This document shows positions 31,607 to 32,171 of a stretch of 32,171 nucleotides of DNA, in pieces. Numbering within the stretch: position 1 is the stretch's first letter; the number at the start of each line of letters is the position of its first letter. Origin of the DNA: Octopus bimaculoides (taxonomy: Eukaryota); NCBI RefSeq assembly GCF_001194135.2, contig NC_068990.1, positions 59,506,180 to 59,538,350 on the forward strand, written 5' to 3'. The position numbers were made by a program, and so were the translations under genes. The notes under the pieces were generated by a model. The model saw only the letters and a list, made by a program, of their open reading frames with translations, did no database searches and had not been told where the DNA came from.

Positions 31607-32111
31607 ATGTCTGGAAGATGCACAATGTGACAGTACACCTTTGATGCACAAGTCTGATGATGTNNNNNNNNNNCCTAGGCTATAGTAGAAGACCCTCGCC
31701 CAAGGTGCTATGCAGTGGGACTGAACCTGAAACCATGTGGTTGGGATGCAGCCTTCTTACCACACACCCACTCCAAATAATGAATTCAGTCCCAAAGAAT
31801 ACAGTAATATTTCTTATTTCATGGCAGCCTTAAAGTAATGAATATCTGGAAGATGTACAATGTGACAGCACACCTTTGATGCAAATCTGAAGAGTGAATT
31901 ATAATCTGAATGACGATAAGACAAAGAAAATTCTTTAACCCATCTTTAATGATTCATTGCAATTGTTTCTGTACCAACCCACTTGCAACGCCAGTTTATG
32001 CAAACATTTGATGTATAAATTTGCGTAATGTTCTTGGTTTTAGACAGTAGAATGGCACTTCATCAGACTTGCATCAAAGGTGTACTGTCACATTGTGCAT
32101 CTTCTAGACAT
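31607..32111. mobile_element. Fold-back/MITE-like structure: three ~53-bp repeats, two direct and one inverted
   Basis: TCTGGAAGATGCACAATGTGACAGTACACCTTTGATGCA-type unit at 31607-31663 and 31843-31896 (+), and at 32056-32111 (-). Confidence 0.75.
31675..31773 (-). mobile_element. SINE A head
   Basis: GGCTATAGTAGAAGAC...CCCAAGGTGC...GGGACTGAACCTGAAACCATGTGG. Confidence 0.82.
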
Positions 32112-32114
32112 ATT

Positions 32115-32132
32115 TATATATGTGTGTGTGTG

Positions 32133-32171
<39 letters not shown>
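32115..32171. repeat. (TA)/(TG)/(TA)n microsatellite
   Basis: Direct inspection. Confidence 0.95.

Noticed and set aside
1-32171. CRISPR arrays, operons or other prokaryotic systems
   Set aside because: No regularly spaced repeat-spacer array and no gene-dense region; the sequence is eukaryotic repeat-rich DNA.

Overview
AT-rich, repeat-saturated eukaryotic genomic DNA with several N-gaps. The microsatellite load and SINE/LINE families suggest an octopod cephalopod, most likely Octopus (inference, no search run). I find no host protein-coding gene I can support. Most ORFs in the supplied track are translated microsatellites, antisense frames of repeats, or gaps. The recognisable coding sequence is all dead non-LTR retrotransposon, from five lineages: (i) a 2.2-kb 5'-truncated RTE-clade LINE (9928-12092, minus) with a YADD RT motif and a C4HC3 PHD-type finger inside the RT region, plus a second fragment at 223-665; (ii) an RTE-type 3' end with a C2H2 finger (8100-8408); (iii) a Rex3/Expander-like 3' end (24836-25157); (iv) a restriction-like-endonuclease LINE 3' end (27831-28481); (v) a CR1-like 3' end (30910-31275). 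Around these are about 20 copies or fragments of at least four SINE families (my labels A-D) that swap heads and tails, hAT- and piggyBac-like MITEs, a decayed 5S rRNA copy and a 113-bp near-perfect palindrome. Two CpG-retaining regions (about 15.9-16.15 kb and 23.1-24.7 kb) may be regulatory; the first has a candidate spliced exon. All alignments and counts were done by eye.
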